Assembly (NCBI GenBank): GCA_965262915.1
Contig: OZ253564.1
Location: 960,001-1,024,000 of the forward strand
DNA: 64,000 bases
Source: Candidatus Spongiisociaceae bacterium
GTDB taxonomy: Bacteria; Actinomycetota; Acidimicrobiia; Spongiisociales; Spongiisociaceae
Direction of reading: 5' to 3'
Position numbers and translations under genes: made by a program. Shown piece after piece: positions 29,319-38,785 of the stretch (position 1 is the stretch's first letter; each line of letters opens with the position of its first letter). The notes below the pieces were generated by a model, which was given only the letters and a program-made list of their open reading frames with translations, was not told the DNA's origin and made no database searches.

Positions 29319-30209
29319 GTGGAACGCAGCCTGCAGACAGTTGATGGGGAGGACCTCCATCAGCAAGGAGTTGATCGGCTCTCCCCACCCGCTCGCCCTC
29401 GATCTGAGCCCGATATATCCGCGTCGCTGGATGCCAGGCCCTCTCTTGTGCGATTGGCCTGGCCTCCGCTTGTCACCGTGCTGCTCGTCCTTGCCGCATG
29501 GGAGATATTCGTCCGTTGGCAGGACATACGCCCGGCGGTCCTGCCGGCCCCCACCGATGTTCTCGATGCTATGTGGGACGACCACGTCAACCTGTGGGGT
29601 GCCACCTGGATAACCCTCCAGACGGTGTTCTTCGGGTTCGGATCCGCGCTGGTGCTGGCTATCGTCATAGGTGTTCTGGTCGACAGCTTCGGTTGGGTCA
29701 GGCGGAGCATCTATCCGGTCATCGTGGTGTCCCAGACCCTCCCAATAGTCGCTATCGCGCCTCTGGTCGTTATCTGGTTCGGTTTCGGGATATCGTCTCA
29801 CGCGTTCGTCGTCGCTATGTACACCTTCTTCCCGGTTGCTGTTTCCCTCGCTCAGGGACTGGCGTCTACGGACAAGGAAGCGATGAACCTGCTGCGCACG
29901 ATGGGCGCTGGCCGGATCCGCCTTCTGCTAAAGGTCCGGTTTCCCAGTGCCCTGTCGCAACTCTTCACGGGCATAAGAGTGTCGATGTCGTTCGCGGTGA
30001 CCGCGGCGGTCATCGCCCAGTTCGTCGGAGCGGTAGAAGGACTTGGGATCTACATGCTCACGATGAAGAACGCTCTGCGGACCGACCTCGTCTTCGGGGC
30101 GGTTACCGTCACTTCGGCAGTCACGCTTCTCCTGTTCGGAGGGGTCGTGTTCCTGCAGCGACTCGTGATGCCGTGGTACCGGCCCAAGACCCAGGGAGAC
30201 TCTCGATGA
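29319..30209 (+). CDS. ABC permease (ThiX/SsuC/TauC type)
   Basis: SQTLPIVAIAPL..WFGFG, FFPVAV, RFPSAL; start uncertain. Confidence 0.88.
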   Translation: MERSLQTVDGEDLHQQGVDRLSPPARPRSEPDISASLDARPSLVRLAWPPLVTVLLVLAAWEIFVRWQDIRPAVLPAPTDVLDAMWDDHVNLWGATWITLQTVFFGFGSALVLAIVIGVLVDSFGWVRRSIYPVIVVSQTLPIVAIAPLVVIWFGFGISSHAFVVAMYTFFPVAVSLAQGLASTDKEAMNLLRTMGAGRIRLLLKVRFPSALSQLFTGIRVSMSFAVTAAVIAQFVGAVEGLGIYMLTMKNALRTDLVFGAVTVTSAVTLLLFGGVVFLQRLVMPWYRPKTQGDSR

Positions 30210-31006
30210 CCATGGCGGAATCGAAGAGTGGTGGACAGGGAGGCATGACGATCAAGGGTCTGACCAAGACGTTCCGTCCCAAATCGGGTCCGGTCGTTGC
30301 CCTCGACGGTGTCGACATGGTGGTCGAGCCAGGGGAGTTCGTAACCCTGATCGGACCGAGCGGGTGCGGGAAGAGCACCCTCTTCAACATCGTTGCAGGC
30401 CTTGAGATGTTCGATTCCGGTCGGATCCGACTCGATGGTGCAACGAGCCACGATCGGCTGGGCGAGATCGCTTACATGTTCCAGAAGGACCTCCTATTCC
30501 CGTGGCGGACGGTCGTGGGGAACGCCATCCTCGGACTCGAGATGGACGGTCTCTCCCGTACGGAGGCCAGAAACCGGGTCGAACCGTATCTGGAGCGTTT
30601 TGGACTGGCCGACTTCGGCAGTGCCTACCCGGACCAGCTCTCGGGGGGTATGCGCCAACGCGTTGCCTTCCTGCGGACGATGGTCCAGGAGAGGTCCATA
30701 ATGCTGCTCGACGAGCCGTTCGGCGCGTTGGACAGCTACACGAGGACCAATCTGCAGCAGTGGCTGATGGGGGTATGGGAGGAGATCCGCACCACCGTGC
30801 TATTCGTAACCCACGACGTTGCCGAGGCCGTGTACCTGTCGGATCGGGTCTACGTGATGACCCCCCGCCCGGGCCGGATCCAGGCCGTGTACGACATCGA
30901 ACTATCCCGTCCACGCGAGAAGGGGATCGAGGTCACCGACGAGTTCCTCCAATTGGAGCGCACCCTGAAGGCCGAACTCCATCTGCATGGGACGGACGGC
31001 TCATGA
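30206..31006 (+). CDS. ABC ATPase (ThiZ/SsuB/TauB type)
   Basis: GPSGCGKS, LSGGMRQR, LLDEPFGALD; ATGA overlap. Confidence 0.92.
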   Translation: MTMAESKSGGQGGMTIKGLTKTFRPKSGPVVALDGVDMVVEPGEFVTLIGPSGCGKSTLFNIVAGLEMFDSGRIRLDGATSHDRLGEIAYMFQKDLLFPWRTVVGNAILGLEMDGLSRTEARNRVEPYLERFGLADFGSAYPDQLSGGMRQRVAFLRTMVQERSIMLLDEPFGALDSYTRTNLQQWLMGVWEEIRTTVLFVTHDVAEAVYLSDRVYVMTPRPGRIQAVYDIELSRPREKGIEVTDEFLQLERTLKAELHLHGTDGS

Positions 31007-32358
31007 CGGCCGAGGCGCTCCCGGATGCAGGTGATCCCAGCGGCAGCATCCTGATCCGGAACGCGACCATCGTGACCCTGAACCGGGACGGTGACATCTA
31101 CCACGACGGCTACATATTAGTTCGAGATGGTCGGATCGTGTCTGCCGGCCAAGGGTCGGCTCCCGATGTTGCCGTGGGTCGGACAGTCGACGCTTCGGGT
31201 CTGGTGGTGATGCCCGGTCTGGTGGACCTGCACTTCCACACCGATATCGAACGGGGTGGCTATTCCGAGTCCCTTGAGGTCGAGGAGGCTCTCTTCCAGC
31301 ACTGGTACCCGATGATGAGGAACCTGGATGCCGAGACGGCGTATGCGGGAGCCCTCCACAGCTATGTCCGGGCGCTGCGGGGTGGTACGACCACGGTGAA
31401 CGACATGTTCCGGCACGTGGAGTCGCTCGCCCGGGCCGCTAGAACCGTCGGGATCCGCGCCACCCTGAGCAGTCTGGTGGCGCGCCCCGAGGACGGGCTG
31501 GATGTGCTGGAGGACAATCTGGCCGCGTTCCATGCATGCGCCGAGCAGCCCGACGATCTTGTCCGGGTCGTGGTGGGGATCGAGTGGATCCCGCTGGCCA
31601 CCGCAGGAATGCTCAGGGAGGCGGCGAGGATGGCTACCGAGGTGGGCACCGGCTTGCACATCCACCTGAGCGAGTCTCAGCAAGAGGTCGAGACCTGCCG
31701 TCAGGTGTTCGGTGCCCGGCCGGTCAGGGTTGCCTACGACCATGGTCTTCTCGGACCGTCGACCGTGGCGGCACATTGTGTATGGCTGACCGATGAGGAC
31801 ATCTCCATGATCGCGGAGACCGGGACGCATGTGTCCCACAATCCGGCCGCCAACTCGAAGCTGGGAGAGGGGATCGCCCCGGCTCGGAGTCTCTTGGAAG
31901 CGGGCGTCAACGTCGGACTCGGGCATGACTCCACTGAGGGCAACAACACCATGGACATGTTCGACGTGATGCGGACTGCAGCCTATCTGCAACGGGCCCT
32001 CTACGCAGACCCGATGCTGATGCCCGCGGGTCAGGTCCTGAGAATGGCGACGGCGAACGGCGCGCGGGCTCTCGATGTCGACGCCGGTGTCATCGAGTCG
32101 GGCCGGAAGGCCGATCTCATCCTCGTGGAGGCTGAGACGGAGTTCTTCGACACCCGATCCGCCGCATACAGGGCCAACGTGGTGCCGAGGATGGTCTTCG
32201 CCACGAACGGGAACATGGTCCAGACGGTGATCGTCGACGGACGCATCGTGATGGAGGACCGGGTCATCAAGACCGTCGACGAAGCAGAAGTCGCCGAACG
32301 AGCCCGAGACGCAGTCGCCCGCCTTACCCGACACAAACGCTCGAAGGGAATGGGGTGA
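31003..32358 (+). CDS. Amidohydrolase (MTA/SAH-, cytosine- or triazine-deaminase-like)
   Basis: DLHFH, HIHLSE, AHCVW, HNPAANSKL, GHD. Confidence 0.9.
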   Translation: MTAEALPDAGDPSGSILIRNATIVTLNRDGDIYHDGYILVRDGRIVSAGQGSAPDVAVGRTVDASGLVVMPGLVDLHFHTDIERGGYSESLEVEEALFQHWYPMMRNLDAETAYAGALHSYVRALRGGTTTVNDMFRHVESLARAARTVGIRATLSSLVARPEDGLDVLEDNLAAFHACAEQPDDLVRVVVGIEWIPLATAGMLREAARMATEVGTGLHIHLSESQQEVETCRQVFGARPVRVAYDHGLLGPSTVAAHCVWLTDEDISMIAETGTHVSHNPAANSKLGEGIAPARSLLEAGVNVGLGHDSTEGNNTMDMFDVMRTAAYLQRALYADPMLMPAGQVLRMATANGARALDVDAGVIESGRKADLILVEAETEFFDTRSAAYRANVVPRMVFATNGNMVQTVIVDGRIVMEDRVIKTVDEAEVAERARDAVARLTRHKRSKGMG

Positions 32359-33002
32359 GCTGGACCGAATACATGATGGAGGAGACCGCTCCGCTGTTCG
32401 AACGTATCTATGAGCACCCGTTCCTGAAGGAACTCAGGGCCGGAACTCTGGGCAATGACAGGTTGGCCTTCTACTTCGAACAGAACGTGCATTACATAGA
32501 CGCTGTCCTACGGTGCCGTTCGATCGTTGCTGCGAAAGCACAGAACGACGAGATCCGAGACTTCTTCCTGCGCAACACCAAATTGATCCTCGACGAGTAC
32601 TACCACCAGGAGGACATGCTCCGCAAGCTGGGGGGTACCTTTGAGGCACCGGTCGCCCCGACGCTGTACGCCTACTCACGGCATCTCTTCTATCTCGCCT
32701 TCGCTCGTGATCCGGTCGAGTATCTGGGATCGTTTCTACCCTGCCCGCTCAGCTACGACGCTATCGGCTACCAGCTCGTCGGCGCTCCCCTCACACCATT
32801 CCAAGCCGATTGGTGGGATTTTTATATGAGTGACGCCCATCACACTCTCTGCAGTGACTACCGGGACTTCGTCGACAGGTACTCGCAAGGGCTCTCCGAC
32901 GAGCGACGCGGTCAGATGTTGGAAACCTTCCGGATCGGTGTGAACTACGAGTACATGTTCTGGGACATGGCGTACACCAAGGAGCGCTGGCCGCTCCCTT
33001 GA
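32355..33002 (+). CDS. tenA: TenA/thiaminase II family protein
   Basis: HPFLKELRAGTL, FLPC, YEYMFWDMAY..ERWP. Confidence 0.82.
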   Translation: MSWTEYMMEETAPLFERIYEHPFLKELRAGTLGNDRLAFYFEQNVHYIDAVLRCRSIVAAKAQNDEIRDFFLRNTKLILDEYYHQEDMLRKLGGTFEAPVAPTLYAYSRHLFYLAFARDPVEYLGSFLPCPLSYDAIGYQLVGAPLTPFQADWWDFYMSDAHHTLCSDYRDFVDRYSQGLSDERRGQMLETFRIGVNYEYMFWDMAYTKERWPLP

Positions 33003-33039
33003 GAACCGTCAAACCTGGGAGAGGCGACGCCGGATCCTG

Positions 33040-33699
33040 CTATCTACCGACCGTCTTGTCTGCCAGCACTTCGACCTTCATCGGTGTGATGTGGTAACTG
33101 TTGGTGGGTGCTAGGACATCCATCGGGCAAGTACTCATCGCAGCCAGCAGGTCTACTTCGGCCCGGATCGATATGGTGTCGTTCGGCCGGGTGACGGGCT
33201 GATGTATCCGCATGACCCGGGTCTCCGGATCCGGCTGCGTGTTCATGAAAACCCCGATGGGGTCCGGAATCTCGGATGGGGCCACCCCATGAGGGGTGAG
33301 AACCTGTTGGAGCAACTCGAAGCACCCGTCCTGTGGGGTCACACTGTACATCTCGTACATTCCACGATTGCACATCCTCCCGTAGAGGTCGTGCACCCCC
33401 TTAACCGGCGAGGTGTCCTCGACAACGGTTGCAAGGGCGCGGTACCCGGTGGACCATATGGTGTTTCCGGGAGCCAGACCGAGAGGCGGCTCGTAGGTGG
33501 AAGTGTTACGGATGTTCCTAGTGCGGGTCCACGAAATCGAGTTGCGTTCGCGGAGGTCTTCCCGGGCGAACAGGACCAAGTCTCCTACCTGGCCACCTTC
33601 GATGTCGGTGATGCGGATGATCTGTCCGGTGTCAACCGTCCACGCCGCCGCTGCCTTGGGTGGAATGGTCTCCGAGTAGATCAACCGGGTGCCGCTCAT
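33040..33699 (-). CDS. DUF1989 urea-carboxylase-associated family protein
   Basis: GQIIRITDIEGGQVGD, HD..GRMC, GC, STCP. Confidence 0.85.
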   Translation of the reverse strand: MSGTRLIYSETIPPKAAAAWTVDTGQIIRITDIEGGQVGDLVLFAREDLRERNSISWTRTRNIRNTSTYEPPLGLAPGNTIWSTGYRALATVVEDTSPVKGVHDLYGRMCNRGMYEMYSVTPQDGCFELLQQVLTPHGVAPSEIPDPIGVFMNTQPDPETRVMRIHQPVTRPNDTISIRAEVDLLAAMSTCPMDVLAPTNSYHITPMKVEVLADKTVGR

Positions 33700-33876
33700 T
33701 CCGCCTCCGTGACCATGGCTGGGACGTGAACGCAGTAACAGTATACGAGTATCGTGGGAAGACACCCCTGGCAACTGATACTACGTTGAACTCCGGGGCT
33801 CCTCGATCCCATTGCGGGATGTGGTCCGGGTGTGCGTTGGAGGGGTCCCTACTAGATTGCGCACCAGAGGTTGATC

Positions 33877-34275
33877 ATGAGATACGTTTCCGGCACTCCC
33901 ATTGTGGTTACCGAAGCCGACGGGATCGGGCTGACCACACCCGAGCCCTTCGTGCGGCACGTCAAGGTACTGCTGTCACCGTTGCTCCAGGAGGGGATCG
34001 GCGACTTCGCCGTGGGGTCGTGCGAGGTCCCGCTCGGCCAGCGGGGGAGCCTCCACACCCATCCGGACGCCGCCGAGATCTGGATGTTCTCCGAGGGTCA
34101 CGGAAGGGCCGTGGTCGGGAACCAGGAAATAGTGGTCGGCCCGGGATCCGTGGTCTACACGCCTCCGGGGGTGAGCCACCAGTTCTTCAATACCGGGGAT
34201 ACGCCCGTGAAGCTGTTCTGGATGTACAGCCCGGCGGGCGCCGAGCGGGAAGTGATCGAAGCCGAATTCACCTAG
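33877..34275 (+). CDS. Cupin-domain protein
   Basis: HTHPDAAE and PPGVSHQFFN metal-binding motifs. Confidence 0.88.
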   Translation: MRYVSGTPIVVTEADGIGLTTPEPFVRHVKVLLSPLLQEGIGDFAVGSCEVPLGQRGSLHTHPDAAEIWMFSEGHGRAVVGNQEIVVGPGSVVYTPPGVSHQFFNTGDTPVKLFWMYSPAGAEREVIEAEFT

Positions 34276-34386
34276 GAGGGGGCCGAAAAACCCCGTGCAA
34301 AGGGGTTCGCTCGCTAGCTGACAACTCTCAGACCGGGTAGTTTGCCAACCAGCGAACCCCGCAAGATTCGTCTTAAGACCCTCCTA
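34273..34386. mobile_element. MITE/REP-like ~115-bp hairpin element, copy 1
   Basis: TAGGAGGG...CCCTCCTA ends; internal GGGGTTCGCT/AGCGAACCCC stem; homologous to 38670-38785. Confidence 0.75.
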
Positions 34387-34406
34387 GACGGCGAGCGCGA
34401 TGCGTC

Positions 34407-35429
34407 TTACGTGTCGAGGATGCCCTTGCGCCAGGCTCTGATGTAGTTCGCGCAATACTCGTCCCGGCCCAGCAGCGTGTCCTCGGCCAGCCGGTATGGC
34501 ACAGAGTCCCGATCGGCGTCGAACACGGCGGAGGGTGGGTTCATCACCGGGTCGATGATGCCGCTGTCGGCGCCGGCATCGACAGCGAGGTTCATGAAGA
34601 CGGCGTTCATCAACTTGCGGGCCGGTATGCCGAAGGAAACGTTGCTCATCCCCCCGGTGATGTGGATCTCCGGGCCGAAGCGGTTGCGGATGGCCCGGAT
34701 GGCGTCCAGCGTGTGCAGACCGAAGCTGCCGTCCACCGAGATCGGGAATACCAGCGGATCGACGAAGATGTCCGGGGCGTCGATTCCCTTCTCGAGGGCC
34801 GATTCCACCATTCGGGATGCGTTGTCGACCCGCTCGTCGGCGGTCGATGGCATGCCGGCGCCGCCCGCTGCGGTGACGATGACCTTCGCTCCGTATTCGA
34901 TGGCCAGATCGAGGGCTTCAACGCGTTCCAGTGAGGCGGAGTTGAGCATGGGTGCTTCCCTCCCGCCGCAGGCGGCCTGCAAGCCGCTCTCGATGATCGT
35001 GATGTCCGATGAGTCGACGGAGATGGGCAGTGAGGTGACCGAACGCACGTAGCATACGAGCCAGGTCATCGCCGCTCGCTGCTCGGCTGTCTTGAGTGAG
35101 ATCTCGTCGACGTTGACATCGAGGTAGTGGGCTCCTGCCTCCTCCTGGTCCGCCACCACCCGCCGAAGGTACTCGTACCCGTCCTCCGCGTCGCGGCCGA
35201 CTCCCATCGCCGCGTCGACGGCCAGGACGATGTGCTTGACTCGACCTTCGTCGAAGGCCTGGCTCCTGCGCATCTGTTCCGAGACTTTCAACAGACGGGG
35301 GGTTCCGTCGACCGAATCGAACGGCACACCCTCGACGCCGTTCCGGGTGGCGAACCGCTTGCCCTTCCTCAGGACGATCCGGCTGGTGTGGACGTTCTCG
35401 CCCACTATGGTGAACCGGCGCCGGTTCAC
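34407..35429 (-). CDS. Pterin-binding methyltetrahydrofolate:corrinoid methyltransferase (AcsE/MetH pterin domain-like)
   Basis: IVGEN, GAHYLDVN, ISVDSS, LNS, VDPLV, GGMSNVSFG; GTG start overlaps the upstream TGA. Confidence 0.88.
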   Translation of the reverse strand: MNRRRFTIVGENVHTSRIVLRKGKRFATRNGVEGVPFDSVDGTPRLLKVSEQMRRSQAFDEGRVKHIVLAVDAAMGVGRDAEDGYEYLRRVVADQEEAGAHYLDVNVDEISLKTAEQRAAMTWLVCYVRSVTSLPISVDSSDITIIESGLQAACGGREAPMLNSASLERVEALDLAIEYGAKVIVTAAGGAGMPSTADERVDNASRMVESALEKGIDAPDIFVDPLVFPISVDGSFGLHTLDAIRAIRNRFGPEIHITGGMSNVSFGIPARKLMNAVFMNLAVDAGADSGIIDPVMNPPSAVFDADRDSVPYRLAEDTLLGRDEYCANYIRAWRKGILDT

Positions 35430-37111
35430 GAGGCCACCAACTCCGCAAACGGGTCTATCGGGAGGCCCGGCGGCAGGACATCCGGCATCGGCTTGAGCTG
35501 GCACCCCTCTACGAACAACTCGAAGAAGTCGGGGGTGGTCTCCAATTCGAGATGGGTGATCCGCCTTGCCTGCTCTTCCGCCCTGAGACGCTTGGATCTC
35601 GAGAGCAACATCGCCCGAGCGCCGTCGATGGCCGCGTTACCCACCTTGATCACTCTCTCCTTGGGGACGGGAGCTATCAGGCCAATGTCGATGGCGTTCC
35701 GCACGTTCAGGTAGGTGGCAAAACCACCCGCCAGATACAGGCGGTCGATATCCGACGGTTCGACTCCCGCAGTCCGCATCACGATCAACTGGCCGCAGTA
35801 GTTGGCGGCCTTAGCCTGCGCCAGGTTGCTGGCGTCCTCCTTCGAGAACGTGATCCCCCTTTCGGGAACGATGTCTACGGCGAAGAGTTTCCGGTCGGCG
35901 GTGAACACGCCTCGCTCGGTCATCAGACCGTGACGCCGTAGTTCGGCGAGCAGGTCGGTGAGGCCGGATCCGCAGATTCCGGTGGCGGGAGATCCTCCGA
36001 TTGTCGCGTATTCGGCGGCCGTGCCGTCCCCGGCCAGCCGGATGGACTCGATCGCCCCGTCGTACGCCCGCATCCCGTAGGTGACGAGACCCCCTTCGAA
36101 GGCCGGACCTGCAGGGCAGGATGCTGCGAAGGTACGCCCGCGGTGATGAAGAACCACCTCGGTGTTGGTACCCATGTCGATCAGCATCTCGGTCCGGCCC
36201 GATTCGCCCAGCCGGATTGTCTCCAGACAGGCCACCGCGTCGGCGCCGACGTGGCTGGCGATCAGCGGTAGACCGTAGGCCCTGGCTCTGCGGTTGGCTC
36301 GTAGTCCGAGGGTACCGGTACCGGTGAGCAGGGCCGTGTGGCTACGCCGGCCCGCCAGATACTCGTGCTCTATCAGCGACTTGTAGGGTTTCTGGCCGAT
36401 GCTCTGCACGCTCAAACCGAACAGGATGTCGCGCATGGTGGAGTTGGCCGCTACGACGATCTCGTACACGTGGGGTGGGCGCCGACCCAGGTGGGACACC
36501 ATCTCGCGGATTCCCTGGTTGATGGCCGTCACCACCGCGTTCTGCAGCTCACCGGCCACATCCTTGCGAGCTTCGTAGGAAATGCGGTTCATGACGTCGC
36601 TGCCACCGAACTGCTGGGGATTCTCGAAGCTGCTCACGGCGACGCTCCGGCCCGTTTCGAGGTCGACCAACTCGAGGACCACCGTGGTCGTACCCAGGTC
36701 CACCGCCAGACCGTAGATGGCGCCGCGGTAGACATCGACCTTGGAGTCCCCGTACCAGACCTCGTCTCCGATTCTGGTGACCATGGGCTCGAGTTCGGTG
36801 GAACCGGTAGCCTGCCTGCTCGGCTGGAGTATCCGCGGCCGTCTCCGTAGCGGAGCGAAGCTGATATTGCGGTCGTCCCGTACGATCCGGGCCTGGCAGG
36901 CCAGCCGGAAGTCGTCTCGCAGGAAACCCTCGGGTTCGGTACGTGCCGTCAGCGCGCTCATCCCGCGCGATATCTCCACCACGCACTCGTGGCACTGGCC
37001 CGTACGCCGGCAGGAGGTGGGAACCTCGACTGCCAACTCATCGGCATAGTCGAATACGGTCTTGTCCAGAACCAGCGGTCGCGATGTGCCCTCATAGGAA
37101 ACGGTGGTCAT
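35426..37111 (-). CDS. ASKHA-domain corrinoid reductive activator (RACo/AcsV-like) with N-terminal 2Fe-2S domain
   Basis: C..TGQCHEC..RLACQ, DLGTTT, GSDVMNRI, DMGTNTE, AGPAFEG, GICGSG. Confidence 0.9.
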   Translation of the reverse strand: MTTVSYEGTSRPLVLDKTVFDYADELAVEVPTSCRRTGQCHECVVEISRGMSALTARTEPEGFLRDDFRLACQARIVRDDRNISFAPLRRRPRILQPSRQATGSTELEPMVTRIGDEVWYGDSKVDVYRGAIYGLAVDLGTTTVVLELVDLETGRSVAVSSFENPQQFGGSDVMNRISYEARKDVAGELQNAVVTAINQGIREMVSHLGRRPPHVYEIVVAANSTMRDILFGLSVQSIGQKPYKSLIEHEYLAGRRSHTALLTGTGTLGLRANRRARAYGLPLIASHVGADAVACLETIRLGESGRTEMLIDMGTNTEVVLHHRGRTFAASCPAGPAFEGGLVTYGMRAYDGAIESIRLAGDGTAAEYATIGGSPATGICGSGLTDLLAELRRHGLMTERGVFTADRKLFAVDIVPERGITFSKEDASNLAQAKAANYCGQLIVMRTAGVEPSDIDRLYLAGGFATYLNVRNAIDIGLIAPVPKERVIKVGNAAIDGARAMLLSRSKRLRAEEQARRITHLELETTPDFFELFVEGCQLKPMPDVLPPGLPIDPFAELVAS

Positions 37112-37446
37112 GGTGAGCGGCCGTTCTCGGATCGGCTCTGTCGGCGAGATTCGGCTTCCCTCTTGATCGTGGCGATCTTCTCCTGTACGCGGACCCGGGA
37201 CCGCGGATTGGTCTCCCAGGCGGTCCGGTAGTCGAAAGTGCCGTCGTGGCCACAGCTGAGCCGATCCGCATCTTCCGGCGAGGCGAGCTGGTTGCGGCAT
37301 CTGAAGAGAGCTGTACATAGATCGTGCCGATCGCGGTACGGGCACCGGGTAACCGAGGAGACCTCGGCGTGGGCTACCACATCCGCGAAGATCGCTGCGA
37401 TCCGATCGAGCCGTTCCTGGTAGGCCTGCATATCGGCGGAGGACAC
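37108..37446 (-). CDS. Small Cys-rich hypothetical protein in the corrinoid operon
   Basis: RCPY...CTALFRCRN...CGHD; translationally coupled to the activator gene. Confidence 0.7.
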   Translation of the reverse strand: MSSADMQAYQERLDRIAAIFADVVAHAEVSSVTRCPYRDRHDLCTALFRCRNQLASPEDADRLSCGHDGTFDYRTAWETNPRSRVRVQEKIATIKREAESRRQSRSENGRSP

Positions 37447-37455
37447 GGCAGACTC

Positions 37456-38145
37456 CTAGAGACTTACCTCGACGGCCAGCTTCTTGGCCAGTTCGACACA
37501 GGCCAGGGCGTCCTTCCCGTAGCCGTCGGCGCCCACCGCCTTGCCGAATTCGGGAGTCACCGGCGCGCCGCCGACCATGAACCTCACCTGGTCCCGCAGG
37601 CCGGCGTCCTTGAAGGCCTCGACGGTCTTGGCCATGTTGGGCATGGTGGTCGTGAGCAGAGCAGACATTCCGACCAGGCGGGCCTTGCTGGTCCTAACCG
37701 CCTCGAGGAACTCGTCCGGAGACGTGTTGACACCGAGGTTGATGACCGTGAACCCGCCCCCCCTCAACATCATTGTGCAGAGGTTCTTGGCGATATCGTG
37801 GAGGTCTCCTTGCACGGTGCCCATGATCACCGTGCTGATCGGCTCCACGCCGGATGCCGCGAGAATGGCCGGCCAGTTGTCCTTGGTTCCCCACCAGGTG
37901 GCTGCGTCGAGAGCATCTGCCTCGAGCTGGGAATGGAAGACGGGCATCAGCGTGTCCAGACCCAGGTTCTCGTGGGCCGTTGCAGCGAGGCGGGCTATCT
38001 TGTCGGCATCGAGGTGCGCCTCCGGGAATGCGGCGTCGGCGATGTCCATGGCTTCCAGGGTGATCACCGAACTGAGGGTCATCGCCGGTACCTTGTCGAC
38101 CCGTCCTCCGTACAGCGCCGAGAGGAAACGACGCCGGGGTGTCAT
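37456..38145 (-). CDS. Chimera: MtaA/CmuA methyltransferase N-terminus fused in frame to a B12-binding domain
   Basis: MTPRRRFL..GGRVDKVP..FPEAH followed by GTVQGDLHDIAKN, VGMSALLTTTM and VGGAPV. Confidence 0.75.
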   Translation of the reverse strand: MTPRRRFLSALYGGRVDKVPAMTLSSVITLEAMDIADAAFPEAHLDADKIARLAATAHENLGLDTLMPVFHSQLEADALDAATWWGTKDNWPAILAASGVEPISTVIMGTVQGDLHDIAKNLCTMMLRGGGFTVINLGVNTSPDEFLEAVRTSKARLVGMSALLTTTMPNMAKTVEAFKDAGLRDQVRFMVGGAPVTPEFGKAVGADGYGKDALACVELAKKLAVEVSL

Positions 38146-38387
38146 CCACTCACCTGAGAGCCGCCTGAACCCTTCGTCCATGTTCTTCTTCTTTCCCGCG
38201 ATGTGGCAGATACTTCGAGACGAAAGGGTACACCTTTGAGGTAGTCGGTAGCTATCGGTTCATAGTCCGTGGGTGCGACTGGCTCGGCGCGCGGCCGGCG
38301 GAGGAAGTTCTCGGCGTGGTCGTCAAGGCTCGCGGGGGACACCCCCGGAGGGTTAGAGTCAGGGGCAAGAAGTACCATGGGAGGACT

Positions 38388-38672
38388 ATGCGACGCTTCG
38401 TCATCGAACGGGATATCCCTGACATCGGCTCTGCCGAGCGCGAGCAGCTGCGCGCCGCAGCCGGACAGTCCAACTCGGTTCTGCGAGCGATGCAATCCGA
38501 GGGCAAACACATCCAGTGGGAGAACAGCTACGTCGCTGCCGACAAGACCTTCTGCATCTACGTCTCCGACAGCCCGGAGCTGATCGACGAGCACGCCGAG
38601 CGCAGTGGGTTTCCGGCGACGGTGGTCACCGAGATCGGCAAGATGATCGATCCGACTACCGAGAAGCCTTAG
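38388..38672 (+). CDS. DUF4242-family protein
   Basis: FVIERDIP, QW..SYV..DKTFCIY, EHAERSGFPA; GGAGG RBS. Confidence 0.85.
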   Translation: MRRFVIERDIPDIGSAEREQLRAAAGQSNSVLRAMQSEGKHIQWENSYVAADKTFCIYVSDSPELIDEHAERSGFPATVVTEIGKMIDPTTEKP

Positions 38673-38785
38673 GAGGGTGCCGAAAAACCCCGTGCAAAGG
38701 GGTTCGCTCGCTCGGCCCCCGACTCTTGGACTAGGTGGTCTGCAAATGAGCGAATCCCGCTAGATTCGTTTTCAGCGCCCTCCTA
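38670..38785. mobile_element. MITE/REP-like ~115-bp hairpin element, copy 2
   Basis: Terminal IR TAGGAGGGTGCCGAAAA / TTTTCAGCGCCCTCCTA (15/17); first ~42 bp nearly identical to copy 1. Confidence 0.75.

Noticed and set aside
38190-38387. Cobalamin riboswitch before the corrinoid genes
   Set aside because: No recognisable B12-box; part of the region is a gene stub.
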